Shown: positions 23,501 to 38,036 of the stretch, one piece after another
How the letters are laid out: each line of letters begins with the position of its first letter
Position numbering within the stretch: the stretch's first letter is position 1
NCBI GenBank assembly: GCA_900617105.1
Contig: UYFQ01000294.1
Coordinates: 1-64,000, forward strand
Source of the DNA: Hydrurus foetidus
Taxonomy: Eukaryota
Reading direction: 5' to 3'
Length of the DNA: 64,000 nt
The notes under the pieces: generated by a model
What the model was told of the DNA's origin: nothing
What the model saw: only the letters and a program-made list of their open reading frames with translations
Databases searched by the model: none
Program-made: the position numbers and the translations under genes

Positions 23501-26500
23501 AGGTATCATCAGGTCATCTAATTTCGTACCTTTCACTCTAGTGCATCATCATCAGAAGATAATCTTATTATTGTCGTTTTTAGTTACGACTTGGTGTAAT
23601 TATTGTAAATAATGTTTTTTTTTCATTCAAAAACGATGCCAAATTATTTTCTAATACTGTTCTCGTTTTCAGATAAATACACGTCATGAAATAGACCCCA
23701 CAAGCGTACTTAAACAGTATTTCTTCTTTTATGTGTACCTTTAGGGAGTTCCTCTGCGCCACGCAGAATGGGTTCCCTACTCACTCCCGCCCAATCCACC
23801 AAAACGTCTCATCCGATCTCGGCTAACAGGTAACCAATACTATAATTTGTTGCAACGTGATTACTCTTCTGTGGTAATCCCACAAGCGGATTGTCACTGA
23901 GGGAATAATCGCAATTATCACACTAATGTATGTCACTTACCTATTCATCCTTGCTTCCTTGCTTTGCTCCTTCCTTCCTTCCTTCCTTCCTTCCTACTTA
24001 CTTTTTAACTCAATTTACCCATTCATCTCTGAAGATATCTGGAGGAACATCAAGGCGCATCATGGTCCCAATTCATCATCATAATCGCTCTATTCTGCGC
24101 AAAACAAACAGGTATATACACATTCGTACGTACATAGATACGTGCGTGTGTGGGAGATAGTTTTGTGTTACCGAATTCTATTCTGTTCTGCTACATCCTG
24201 CCGACTACCCTTCTCATCTCATCTCTTTTCCACCCTGCATTTTATCATTCTTATCTCCTCATCTTCTTTTCGCATTTTTTGTGTGCTTTTTTTTCGTCTC
24301 CAATCTATTCTCCATTTCCCTCATCATCTTATTATCTCATTTCATCTCATCTCATCTCATATCTTCTGTTACGTTTTTTCTCTTCTCCAACCTTGTCTTG
24401 CTTTATCTTCGCTGCTCTTCTCATCCCTTGCATCCTCACCTCTACTACTTCCCCCTCCTTTCTTTCCTTCTCCTTTCTCCTTCCCTCTTTTTCTTCATCT
24501 CTTTCCTGTACTTCTTCTTTTTCTTCTTCTTCTTCTTCTTCTTCTTCTTCTTCTTCTTCTTCTTCTTCTTCTTCTTCTTCTTCTTCTTCTTCTTCTTCTT
24601 CTTCTCACTTTGTTTTCTTCTCAGACCGCATTCCTTTTCTCGCCTTCAATATTGGATTGGACCCTGGAGGTCCCGAAATAGAACTATCCGTTGGCTACGC
24701 GAATGGGGCTGACGCTCTCTTCTCTTTTCTGTCTACCAAAAACAATTCTATTTCCAAAGGGCCTCCAAAAGGTTAGCAGATAAGAATGGACTTACAACTT
24801 TCAACTGTGTGATACAAACTTCCACCACAGACAAACACTAAATAAACAATCGATCAATACAAATCCCTTCATTTCACATTTGACTTACAGCAGCTACGCC
24901 ATCTAATGGCCCGTACGCACTTGTACGTTCCAACGAGAAGAACTGCAACGGTTCATGCAGCACTTTATCTGTGGGCGGGATGAGTAGCGGATCGACTTCG
25001 AACGACTCGAACCCAGGACCCATTCCTATTCAAATTCCAATCACTACTCCACTTTCTACTTCCCTTTCTACACCTATTTTGTCTCTTTCTGTCCCTGTTT
25101 CCGTCCCTCTTCCTGCTTCTCTTCCTGTCTCTCTTCATGTCCCAGCCCAGCCACAACAGCAACCGCAACCGCAACAAAGTCCTGTTCTAATTCCAGGATC
25201 GAGTCCAAGTTCCGTGACGAAGACCGGGGTTACGGTCGCTCCCAGTTCGGGAGTCGGGAATGGGGCCGGTCCAGGGTCTGGGTCTCTGGGTCCGGGTCCG
25301 GGTCTTTTGAGACGGGCCAGTGTGGGAAGCCGAATTACATTGGATGGAGATGACATGAGGTATGTTGTGCGTGTGCGGTGTTTTTTTATTGTTTTACTTG
25401 TTTTAATTGTTTAAATAGTCTGAATGCTTTCCTCGGTGAAAGGGATCTTTTGCTATGATGTGATCTGCATGAGAGTGTATGCGTGCATGTATGTGTACGT
25501 ACATTCATTTGGTTCATTGCGATTGTGCGTTCACTGCATTAAATTGAATTTAATCAAATAAATTGAAATCTCCCATAGAACAGTACAGCATGAATGACGA
25601 AATAAAAACAGCAACTAAATCCTTTTTACCCTTTTTACATCAGTATCTCTCTATAATTGAATCGTTCAATATCCCTTCCAATGTAATCCTCCTATAACAG
25701 TATCAGCGCTACTACACCACGTAGTACAAGTCGAGGGGGTAAATCCAGGAAACCCGTGGGAGGTTTTGAAAAAATTAGTCTATTAATGGTTAGAAAAATG
25801 GTAAAAAAATCAAGTTTGAGAGATTCAAAAAATGAAATTTTCTTTGAATTAGAATGCAAGAAGGAAAGTATTGAGGAAATGAAAAAAAGAGCGATAACAA
25901 ACAGTATAAGTAATTGGAATAGAACAGTCGAACATCAATTGAAAATACAAGAAAAAGAAAATGCACTACGAAAAGATTTTTTAGATGGTAAGATAGTACA
26001 TACTGGAAGAGATAGTAAAAAGCAAAATTTGGGTCATATCGGATCAAAATTGGGGTCTAGCATTGATTCTGATTTAAGTGAAGGGGAAAAGGACGGACAG
26101 AAAGACATTTATTACACGTTGTCCAAGACAGCGCCTGTGTGTGTGGAATATCCTTCATTACTGTAAGTACGGAACGTACATGCTGATTTGTGCGTTTTAT
26201 TTTTACTTTTCTTTTGCAACGTTCTTTTTACAAATGTACCTTTTTTTCGTTTTATTTTAATTTGTATTTTAATTTTTGTTTTCATTTTTATTTTCTTTCT
26301 ACTTTCATTTATACTACTACTTTAACTCTCATTTTACTTCTTTTTATTTCCTTTTGTAATTAGCTTATGAAATTTTTTGTATTTGCCGTTGGTAGTGTAT
26401 CATCATGTTATGTCCCATCGGATTCATTTATTGTTTTGAGTTGCATCTTCTGTGATGATACGAAGATAATTTGATTTTATATTAAATCATACCGTAACAA

Positions 26501-29500
26501 ATATAAAAGAGAAGAATTAAGTCATTTGAGTGTTTCTAAAATGACGTAATAGAACATGACTGAAATTGAAGCACTGTAATAATCCTGACTTGCCAAATAA
26601 AACATTTCTCCATATCATTTTTTATGAACACATCATCATAATGTATACATAATATGTAATTACAAAGTACATATAACATCACATTATTTTGATTCGAATT
26701 TTAATAGGCCTGCTTCAAGATCAGAAAAAAGAGATAATTCAAAAAGAAATTTATCGAAAATAAATTCTTACGGTTTTGATGATTTTGACTTCCCGAAATT
26801 TCTATCATCAGATTCTCAATCTCTACATTCAGATTCACTGAAAAGGTCTGATTTCCGTGGTGGTGATTTTAGTACTGAGAATGCAGACGGAAGTGAATTT
26901 TCTTTTAAAAATGCGATGGCAGTTAAAAAGAAATTTAAAAAAGAAACAAAAGAGAGGGAAAATAAATCATTTACTGCAAATATTACGAATAATCAAATAG
27001 GTGAAATGGAGGAAAGTAGAATATTAGATGATGAATCAATTAAAAATGGTGTTGGAAATACACATCATCGTATGAAATGTGGAAGAGCAAATACGAGTCC
27101 TGATACTTATTACAACACCACTACACAACGCATACGACTTGCATACATCTCAAATAAGTTTTCAAAATCTTTTAAAAGCGAGAGAAAAATTCATTCAAGG
27201 CTATCTGATAAAAAAAATGAATTAAAAAATAAAAAAGGAAATGATAATGAAAAGAAAAAAAGACGACTAGAAAGAGGGAAAGAAAAAAATGATGTGTTTA
27301 TGCAGAGCACAGAAATCAGAAAAGAAATCGACAGAAGAAATAGTTTTTGCAGTATCAATTTTGCTGATGTAAATGATATCCATGATGTTGGTACCAATTT
27401 TGATGAAATTTTTACGACAATAAGTACAGACAGTAATTTCGATTTTTTTAGTAACGATATTATTGACAAAAGAAATGGTAATACAAGTAACAAAGATAAT
27501 GACGACAGTAGAAACAGCAATAATAATGATAATTATAGTAGTAAGAACGATATAAATTTAAATATGAGTGGGAAAAGTCAAAACGAAGAAAGAAGTAATT
27601 TAATAAATAATTTGCCATCTATGACAAGAGCATCTGCTGCCATTGAAAATTGTTTTACTAATAATAATGATATTAACATCAAAAATAGCAATAACAGCAA
27701 TAAAAGTGGGAATATAAATTATAAATCAAATAGCGGTGTAATTACACGTGGCAGCAAATATAACGGTCTTAGCATCAATTCTTCCCTTTCCCCCTCCTCT
27801 TCTTCTCAGAATGCAACCTCTCCAACTTTTTCATTAAGGTACTCTTAATGGTTGAATCATTCATTCTTCTATACAGTTATTCATTTGCTAATTATTTAGA
27901 ATTTTCAAATTTCAAGAATATTCTCGAAATCACGGTGACTATCTAAAATAGTGGAAAAAAAGCGGATTCAGAAAAGAAAAAAAATTCGATCTCCTACACT
28001 GCCATGATGTGGCGCAATAAACGCAATTAATGAGCACTCCTCATTCAACCCAGTATTTCTTTCTCTACATCTCTTGTGCCATCCATTTTTCTTTTTTACT
28101 TATTTTCTTTTTTTTTTACTTTGATTTTTTGAATTATTTTTATTCACTCATTTATCTTCTGCTTTTTTCGATTTTCATTTTTTCTATCAGGGATTCTGGG
28201 GGCAGAAAAAATTCACTGTTAAAAAAAAGTGAGTGACTCTCATACTAAATCGATTTCTATGTTGAGTGTTTTCTAACTGTTTTGGTTACGTTATCGTATT
28301 TACTTTTCCGATTCTCATTACAACTTCTCTATCTTCTATTTTTCAATTTTTCTACGTCGCCATTTATTCGTTTTATGAATGACTTCCGAATATATCTCTT
28401 AGGAATTCTACGGTATTTTTCTTCCCGTAATTTTCGCAAACTATTCGTCCCACAAAATGTTGAAACCCTTTTTATCACTGGTCAATTTTATTTCACTGAT
28501 TTTTAATCGTTTTCGTTATATTAGGTTCGCTTGGTAGTTTTCGCGAAGAAAAAGAAAGAAATTTTAATTTGTCACAAACAAGATCTGTAAGTCAAAAAAT
28601 ATCGTGGACTTTTTTTTTTGCTTATTAATCGCTTTACTAAATTGTACAAATCTTGATTTTGATCAGTATGATTATCATTTTAATATTACTATTATTCTAC
28701 TATTGTTTTTATTCCTCAGATGCCAAGTTTTCGAAGAAAAATTGAAATCGAAATTGAATCAGACGATGATAGCGAAGAAGAAGAAGAAGAAGAGAAAGAA
28801 GAAGAAGAAGAGGAAGAAGAGGAAATACAATATTCGCCAAATAAATTAAATGAATCAAATAAATCATTAAAAAAACGTCTGCATCATCACAAAAACACTT
28901 TTTCCGAAAAAACGGATTCTAGAAAAAATTCAGAATTGAGTTTTTCATTACGGAATCGAAGGTCTTCGGTCCGCGAAGACAGCACAGAACATTTGAAAGG
29001 TTGTGCGTTATGTCAATTGCAATTTCCAAAATCCAATTTTGAGACAAAAGTAATGTGGAAGCACGTACTAGATTTAAGGTTAGTACTTACACGTTTTCTA
29101 TTTCGTGTCACTTCATTTAATATTGTTTTATTTTATTTTATTTTATTTTAATATGTTTTTCATTCTTCATTCTTCATTTTTATTGTTTTCTGTCGCTCGC
29201 ATTGTATTGGATTTCTCACGCATCAATCTGAACAATCAATTTCGTCCCCATCAATATCGACTGATTCAATTTTCTTTCGCCACGAAAAATTTCTCCATCA
29301 TAGATGTATCATATTTTCAATTTTAATTTCTATTTCAATTTCAATTTCAATTTCAATATGTAGGGCTAGTTGGGATCCGAAATTAATTCCCAAAGAAATA
29401 ATTCATTTAGAGCAAACAATGACAATGTTTAATCTTGTGCATGTTTGCTTATTTTGCGCTCAATTTTTCAATCCAAATTGTGCCGATGGAATTTCATTTC

Positions 29501-31493
29501 CGGCTAAAATCATTCTAAAAGTAAGTCTTCCTTATTTTCTTTGTTTCTTTATTTCTCATGTTTGTCTATTTCGATTGAAATTTAATTTGATTGTATTTTC
29601 CCTGATGATCCCTTGCACGTCATGAATAGATCACCTCTCGTAAATTTGAATATTTCCGTTTTTTCTGTTATCTGTTCAAACATTTGTTTTATTTTATTTG
29701 CTATGTAATGACTACGAACAGCACCAAATACTCTTATCATCATCATAGTTTGGTTACAATCGTTTTGATTATCAGTACAGAAGATTTTTTATTTTATTTA
29801 AATTAACACAACTACAATATGATAATATTTAAAATATCATTTAAAAATATATATTTTATATATGATACAAAAATTAATAGGAGAAGCCGATTGGGGTATT
29901 AGCTGCTATTTCATCGCACAACGGATCTTACGCTATGCTGGTAGAAACAGAAAGAAGAGAACTAAGTGAACAACTCATAAAAATAGAAAAAGACAAAGAA
30001 AAACAAAGAAAATTAAGTCTGTTACGACCGAATAGTAAACCCAATAGCAGAGCACAGAGTTGCGTTAATTCTCCAAGGAACGTTCTCCTCAGTTCAGATT
30101 CTGGAAAGAACATTCTCATCGACAAATTTGAAAAATTTGAGAAGCTTGAGAAATTTGATTTTCAAATTCAAAGTGAGAAAAAAGCAGCATTACGGAATCA
30201 ATCGAGAAAAAGTTCCAGGGTCCAAAATGATTTGACGCTTTTCTATGACGATCGAGATTATTACGGAAATCAATTAGGAGGCAATAATTGTAATGACGTT
30301 GCTGCAACACTAATGAAGACGGAAAATAGAGGAATTCTAAGCAGGATAAATAGTCGGACATTCAACAGAAGCCGACCCCCGTCCCCGACCCCGTCCGTCC
30401 TAGTCGAGGCACTACAGACTCTCGTACTAAATAAAATTCCTTCAGATGGGAGTGTAAAAACGAAAAAAAAATAGTGAATAAATTTTCGAATTCTAGCAGA
30501 GACAGTGGCAGAAATACGGATTTTGAGAATTTGAGTGATGATGATAAAAGTAAAGATGAAAATGAGGAAGAGGTAGAAGATGGTGATGAGGATGAGGATG
30601 GAAGTGTAGATGGGTCACTGGGAGAATTTTCCGCGGTTTCTTTTTGTCTGCCATCTGCCAACACTTTCACAGCTGCAACAGGTGAGAACTATACTGTTTT
30701 TATTTCCTTATCTTTAGTTGACAGTTTGTTTCTTAGTTCGTTTGTTTCTTCACGCAAGTCTTCATTTCATTACATTTCTTCAATTTTTTGCCACATGGGA
30801 ACCTCTACTGCACGCCTTGGATTTAATTACATTGAGATTAGAAGACGATTTAGTACATTCGTTCATACTGTACGTACGTACGTCTCGAATCAATTCTCAT
30901 ATGAAACGAAAAAGGAAAAAATCTTTCCTTTGATAAACATTCCAAATTTAAGTTAAATCCAACTCAATGAAATTCAACTGAGGTTAATTTAATTTTACTT
31001 CACGTCACTTTGGTATCTGTCGTTTGATCTTGATGCACTGACATTTTTGAATTGAAATCAAATTAAATCCAAATTAAATTTTATCGTGTGCAGTTGAGAG
31101 TATGTGGAGCGATCCCAAAATATCGGAATCTAGGTACGCAGTCCGTGAATTTCAAAACCGTATATAACTGCACTGCTTCGTGTCTTTCATGATGCCGAGT
31201 AAAGACTGATCGTTACTGCTATTATTGTTACTTCAATACTACCAGAATTACATCGGAATAGCATTTGGTAATATTGCATGCAGACATGAGAACATATCTG
31301 ATAACAATCATCACACAGCAATCACACTATCATCACACAAACGATTCAAGTTTGATGATTACTAAAGAACACTTGTCTTTATTTTCCTTTTTCTCGATTA
31401 TGATAACGCAGAGCTCGAGCAAAGAATTTGGTTGAGCAGAAAAAGATTTCAACACTGACTTTATCGAGGGCAAACAGCAGCAGATTCGAGTAA
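17514..31493 (+). CDS. Large multi-exon hypothetical protein: two copies of a Cys4 domain, a discoidin/F-type-lectin-like segment, and long low-complexity regions (exon model approximate)
   Basis: Chain of GT-AG-bounded coding segments (e.g. 17514-18281, 21515-21795, 22486-22581, 24624-24771, 24891-25339, 25701-26162, 26708-27838, 28721-29078, 29363-29520, 29881-30680, 31412-31493). Motif SKTRREGDAWWEISLERSVHIHSV. A probable homopolymer frameshift at ~30470. Could be two genes. Confidence 0.6.
18786..20047. repeat. Intronic compound pentanucleotide satellite (CTGCA/ACACT/ACGAC) with a scrambled core
   Basis: Pure (ACTGC)n at the start, pure (ACACT)n at the end, and degenerate sequence at ~19040-19850. 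Confidence 0.9.
23084..23265. mobile_element. Intronic foldback MITE-like hairpin
   Basis: ~77-bp arms (23091-23167 and 23182-23258) are about 90% complementary around a 14-nt loop. The right end reads TAGGG on the minus strand like hAT ends; the TSD is degenerate (GATCGCA / GATCACA). Confidence 0.75.
24511..24605. repeat. (TCT)n microsatellite directly upstream of a splice acceptor
   Basis: Direct inspection; the acceptor TCTCAG is at ~24623. Confidence 0.95.
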
Positions 31494-32705
31494 GTAGCAG
31501 CAAATTTTCACGATTTCAGTCAAATTTTAGTAAAAGACAACAGATGAATTGTCCTCATTCAGTTAGTGCGTTACAGCGTAGAGCTGCATTGAGCTTGCAG
31601 TACAGTATAGAACAGTACAGTACGGTATAGTACAGTACGGTGCAGTATGGTGCAGCATAGTTCGATGGAGAATATCAGTGGTCGAATAGATTACCGTACT
31701 ATGATGTACGGGCGATTAAACACAGAACTTTATATCCTCATTTGGTTAAGGATCCTATTAAGGATCCTTATAAATAAGTGACTTTAATCAGCACCACTGC
31801 ATCGTTGGCATTTACTTTTCTTGCTAGTTAAAGTTATCAATTTTATAATCGCTGCACTGAGTGATATGATATGGTATGGTATCATTTTCGACTGACTGCT
31901 AGGCAGCATGATTACCCATGCACTAAACTTTCCTCCTTCCTTCCCTCACTCACTCTCCCATCTCCCTTTCTCTCCCTCCCTCACTCTCCCATCTCCCCTC
32001 CTCTCCCTCACTCTCCCATCTCACCTTCTCTCTCTCCCTCCATCACTCTCCCATCTCACTCACTAATACAAAGTGTGCAGAACAAAAATGTTTTTCTTAA
32101 AGTACTTAGTCATATTTCAAATTTGCTAATGTGCGTCATCCAATTTCATTGCTTTGTCACTTTAACAAATTGTTTCTAGTCACTGAATTATTAAATGAAG
32201 AAGATTGAGAGAACTAAGTATGATGCCGATACGATGCGCTGGTATGATCTGTGCAAGATTGAAGAATACAATCAAATAAGATCCCTACACTGTCAACTAT
32301 TTAATCAGGTCAAAAAGGTTAGAAAAGCATTAAAAAGGAAAGAAATGACATAATAATTGCACCAAGAGTAGAGGCAGCAAACGGAAAGATGTCGAGGACT
32401 TATAGTACTGCATCGGCAGATGGTTCAAGTTCCGTGTTTAGTTTACTTTCGTTTATTGTTTCTTTAATCATGACGTATTGCGTGAATGCCAAAATAGACG
32501 GACAGACATAGTGACGGACAGACATAGTGACGGACAGACGGAGAGATATACTGACGGACAGATGCACGGTGTAAGGTATACGGTACACACCCTCCCACCA
32601 CACCACGATCCACAATTTACACGGACACAGAACGATGAGAGAAGAGGTAAACAAGGCGGGTGAGAGCAACAGAAGAACACAACGTCCTGCATCAAAATGT
32701 CAGTG

Positions 32706-33011
32706 CTGTACTGTACTGTACTGTACAGTACTGCACTGTACTGCACAGTACTGTACTGTATACTGTACTGTACTGTACTGTACTGCACTGTACTGTACTG
32801 TACTGTACTGTACTGTACTGTACTGTACTGTACTGTACTGTACTGTACTGTACTGTACTGTACTGTACTGTACTGTACTGTACTGTACTGTACTGTACTG
32901 TACTGTACTGTACTGTACTGTACTGCACTGTACTGTACTGTACTGTACTGTACTGTACTGTACTGTACTGTACTGTACTGTACTGTACTGTACTGTACTG
33001 TACTGTACTGT
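32706..33011. repeat. (TACTG)n microsatellite
   Basis: About 60 copies, intergenic. Confidence 0.97.
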
Positions 33012-33113
33012 CCGTACTTTAAAAAGCCACTTTCATAATCAAAACTGCTTGAGTGTTTTGTGATTAGTAAAAGAATTATATTTCATCGATTTCAACTGCT
33101 TCGAAATGGAAAG

Positions 33114-36100
33114 TTAGAAATTGGATTCATCGAGAGCAACATCGCTGTCTCCCATCAAATCCAAATCTACTTGAATTCCGTTTACGAAAACTGGCTTAAA
33201 TACGTCATTTAGAGCACTACCATTCCCAATATTAGGCTTATTATCACTCTTCTTATTATTGCCATTACTGTAATCGTTCATTTTATCTTTTTTCTTTATT
33301 TCAATCATCGCCAACACCATATCATCAATCAGTAATTCGTTTTCCTTCTCAAATATCCCTCGTCTGCTGAACCACCCGATCTTATCTTCCCCCACACGCG
33401 GCAACAGGTCTAACGATTTTATCAACTCAAAATATATTTCATTTTTTTCTACTGTAGTTGATAACGTGCGTACTGTGGAACTTGAACCTATAAATTCCAG
33501 AAGTAATCTTGAAGTCCAATTATTGTTTGCCAAACCGGATAAAGATTTTTCGGCAATTTCTGCGCTCAATTTTTTTCTCCTGCAGTATTTTTACGAATTT
33601 AATTTTAATTTGAAGATATTTTATTATGAATTCGGTAATGATTCATTTCGATAGGAAGTAAATGGACATAATTAAAGCACATGAAATTAGAGCTTATGCC
33701 GGATAGAATTCATTCGCTTTCACAAAATAGACAAGAAATGAGAAGAGGAGGAGGTCTGCAATTAAAGATCATGACTCGTGAAAAAATAAAGGTGTGGTGA
33801 GAACGTACTCATCTAGGAGTGTAAGTACGGGGCAGTCTCCTATGCACCATCCGGGATTGTTGAATTCTCCTTTTAAGTCGTGCAGTAACGCGTTGCCTGA
33901 CATCGTGCCCTGAAGAGGAGGAACAGATGGACGGATGGAAGGATTAGAAGAGAGAGAGCGAAAAATAAACAAACACAGACAGATAGATAGATTGATGGAT
34001 AGATGGATGGATAGATGGATGGATGGATGGATGGATGGATTAATCAACAGAGAGACAAGCTGTGACGAAGAAGTAGATGCACAGACATAAACAGGTAAAG
34101 AGAAAGGTAGACAAATACACAATAGGATAAAGTAATACAGTAATATTGGTACGGTGATCAAGATGTTTAGATCGAGAGATTAAAGGACAGGGATGAAGGG
34201 AAGGGAAAAGAAAGTATGAGCTCAGAGCCAGTCTGCTAGCAATGCATGCATGCAATCAGTGAGTGAGTGAGTGAGTGAGTGAGTGAGTGAGTGAGTGAGT
34301 GAGTGAGTGAGTGAGTGAGTGAGTGAGTGAGTGGTGGAGTGAGTGAGGGAGGAGTGGAGAGAGGAGGAGTGAGGAGTGAGTGGAGGAGTGGAGGAGTGAG
34401 AGGAGGAGTGAGGAGAGGAGTGGAGTGAAGTGAGGTGAGTGAGTGAGTGAGTGAGTGAGTGAGTAAGTGAGTGAGTAAGTGAGTGAGTGAGTGAGTGAGT
34501 GAGTGAGTGAGTGAGTGAGTGAGTGAGTGAGTGAGATGAGTGAGTGAGTGAGTAAGTGAGTCAGTCCTTCACTCAGTCATATAATTTCGTTGACCAATAT
34601 TTCAAGTATGAATACACCAATGAACAGATTGTACGATCGGCAAATACAGATGTTCGGCAGTATTTCCGTACGATATAGAAATACAGAAGTCGTGGATACA
34701 AACAAATAGTGATGATAAATGTAGAAATGAAGTACTCACCTGACACATACTCTGCCACCCCCCTTGCGTTTCGCTAATCTGCCGGTACCCTTCTTTCGTT
34801 TCACTCAAAATTTGCAGCATTTTCAATCCTTCTATCTGCAGTTCCTCGTCATCGTACACAGCTCTCAATGTATGAATTATCATCGATATTGCTTTTTTCT
34901 TCAATATTTTATCTATACTCGAAGAATATATACATGCTCTGTATATGGAGTGGGATGTTGTGTTTTGAAGGAAGAAAATTAATGTTGTCATTATTTTGAG
35001 GTATTTGAAAATCTTTTAAAGAGATTCTATCTGTGCAAATTTAACAAAAAATAAATCAATTTATATCTCAATTAATAAAAGTAAAGTCAAACAACAAAAA
35101 AAATTACGCCAGTTGATTTATTTTGATCGTGTTAAGAGTTTCATGAATAGAATAGAATCGATAATTAAAATAACCGAAATAGAAGTAAGACTGTTTATTT
35201 TATTCATACGATCAGTTCAAAAATTCTGCAGACTATGTATCAGTAGATCAGATATGAAGCACGAAATATTATTTATATTAATCATTTCTCAAAATTGAAT
35301 CAGCACTAATTTTCAATTTTCAATCAAATCATAATAAAAGAAAATTCTACAAAAAAGAAAATGTAACACTTTACCTTGTGAGAAAGTTCAACGCAGGTTT
35401 GAGCAGTGAAGCGTTGCTGTGATGTTTCTTCATGCACTGAAGAGCCATTTCAACTGTTGATAATCTGCATAACTCTTCTAGTCTTTTTTCGGTATTTCCA
35501 ACCCAGCAGAATGTTCTCAGAACAGTTCCTAAGATTGAACATTCCTAGGAATGTTCGTGGGATGATTATTCATTAAACGGTTTCAAGATGTGGGTATTCA
35601 AGAGTGTTAAATTGCTGCTTTAAAAAAACTCACGTATTCTGGGAGGAAGAAATAATGGAAAAAGAAATTCTATTTCACCGTAATAAATGATGGTGAATAT
35701 ATGGGGACATTAGTCCTAAAATAAACTATTCAATCTTGAGATTCCTTCTTACGTTTGTTTAATGCTTACCGTAGAATGGAATCTACAAAAATTGATGCTA
35801 TAATTGATGTAATTTGAGCGCATTATTTCCTGTCTGTTTATTTCCGATCGAGAACATTGCAGCATGCAAAGAACCGTCGCTTTCACAACCTCCCTACTGC
35901 TCATAAAGCGATATCCTAACATCATTTAATACAACAACATCTAACTTTAGATTTTAGAGGGATAGTTACAAGAGACGATTAGACTCCAATTGTTCTCTTC
36001 GAATATTGTTAGGAACTGATTCGTACCGATAGCGAAAGTTGTTTTCAGCACATCTGTTCTGGTGATAAGAGGATCTCTAGTGTAATTGCACTCTAACAAT

Positions 36101-36603
36101 TGCTTGAAAATTTGGATGCATTTAAGCTGAATGCTCTCATTGTCTCTGAAATCTTTGTGACCCAGAATTTTGTTTAAAACCTTCAACACTCCGTGCTTCA
36201 GTAACAGCACGCATCCTTCGCCTTGCATTGCATGATGAAGTGCAAACTCCAATCCAGTTAGTACTGTTACCGCTTCATCGTAATGTCCATTGAGCCAGAT
36301 CAGAAGCATTGGTACATTGAGTGCACTGTAAACCACTTCTTCATTATTCGCTCGAAGGTCTCTCGTCTCAGGGCCACTATGATCCGATGCTACTGGAAAT
36401 ACCTCAGCTCTCCGATGAGTTCTTGTCATTTTCAAAGTTAAGCTTGTTACAGACTCAACGCTCGCGACGCAGCTGCCACTGATGCCAGAGATATCTGATG
36501 TATCTGATACAGGTGGAATTTCATCAGGCCACGTGTTAGCTGTCGATCGACGACGTGTAAGCTTCGGATTCAGTCTTTTCTTAATCAACACGGTATTCTC
36601 CAT
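33114..36603 (-). CDS. Armadillo/alpha-solenoid-like hypothetical protein (exons ~36603-36027, ~35527-35375, ~34877-34740, ~33910-33806, ~33580-33114)
   Basis: Repeated helical motifs HGVLKVLNKILGH...DNESIQLKCIQIFKQL, ALQCMKKHHSNASLL and AVYDDEELQIEGLKMLQIL; GT-AG boundaries. Confidence 0.65.
33983..34562. repeat. Intronic (GATG)n (33983-34040) and (GAGT)n (34257-34562) microsatellites
   Basis: Direct inspection; the GAGT tract has a degenerate core at ~34333-34436. Confidence 0.95.
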
Positions 36604-38036
36604 TTACTCCTCTTCAACTCCACGATTGACAATCGCTGATGAGCCTTGTAATTGATGAGATAGATAACATTGGGCATGAAGTTTCTCACTTTCAATTGAA
36701 GAAGCTCTCCACTCTGTTTTCAGTCCCAGCGCGGAATGTCGCACCTAACTATCAGAAGTCGGTACTAGAAAATGATGACACATTTGAATTCGCAAGAAAT
36801 TCCCTTTTCATGCACCATTCGAATCGATGATAGTTAACCACATTTGACTTCTATGCTAATTTTGATGTCTGAGACAAAGTGACTGAATCTATGATTCTCT
36901 GGAAATCTTGGTGAAAAAAAGAAAATCGTTCTCATTGTGTGTGTACTTAACATTAGTACATGATAAAAATCATTCACATCTGTATATGCCACTCAGTCCA
37001 TTTTTCAATTTCTTCAATGACGATATGAATTTCGATGGAAAAGGATTTGGTAGCCTGAAATTCAGTGCGAGAGTCGTTCAAAATGGTCCGTAAGAAAAGA
37101 TGTCGAGATGTCTCACCGGAAACAAAGCGTATTATTTATGACATAATCGTTTCTGGAGTTTGAGCTCGAAAGAGACTCAATATGGACCGACTTAATGACC
37201 TACTTAATGAATGATTGCATGCCAAACTAGATGACCGACGGTAACTTAAATAAGTACTTATTACATTTTAAGTTTCGAAGTAAAAAGGGACGGGGGAGGG
37301 GCGGGGCGGTAATCTAATCTGAAATAAAAAAGTTCTCGAACTCTCACTCTTGCTTGACGGTTGGGATTTATTAAATTTTGTTCTCATCAGAAAATAATTC
37401 GGTGAAATATTAAATTCCGTGTATGTGACGGAAATGTGGTTTTGACAAATTGTGTGTGATTTGTCATTTGTTAAATGAAGTAAGTAGAAACTACGTATTG
37501 TACTGGATGGCGGAAGGGGAAGAAGCTGAATGGTGGTGATGGTGATAAGAATGGTAATAATGATGATGATGGTGATGAAAATGATGATGATATCATAAAA
37601 GTCGTCCGACCAAATACGATACAGACTAGTCAAGCGTCTGTAAGCGCCACTGTGACTTGATGCGATGCGATGTATTTCGGTGTGGTGGTAAATGACGTAA
37701 TGATGTGATGTGATGAGTCGTCGTGTGCGATGAAGCGTAGTGAGCGAGGTAGTGTGAGAAGAGAAGAGAAAGGAGTTGAGAAAAGATAATATGAAAGAGA
37801 AAGATAATCATAAAAGGAGAGAAGTGAAGTGAGGAGGGAAGAGAGAATGCGGTGTATGTACTGTATGTATCATCTGTCTGTGTATTAGTCTGTTTGTCTG
37901 TCTGTTCTTCTGTACAAGCGTCTTAGTCGAGTATATCAATTAATTTAACAATATCAATATCAATTTACTTCAGTTCCGTTCACTTTCGCCAATTTCAATT
38001 TGGTTCAATTTGATTCACTTCAATTCAATCCAGTCA

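Noticed and set aside
24142..24776. Poly-Leu/Ser/Phe ORFs
   Set aside because: Translations of an intronic polypyrimidine/(TCT)n tract; only ~24624-24771 appears to be exon.
32400..33063. CTVLY/YSTVQ repeat ORFs
   Set aside because: Translations of the (TACTG)n microsatellite.
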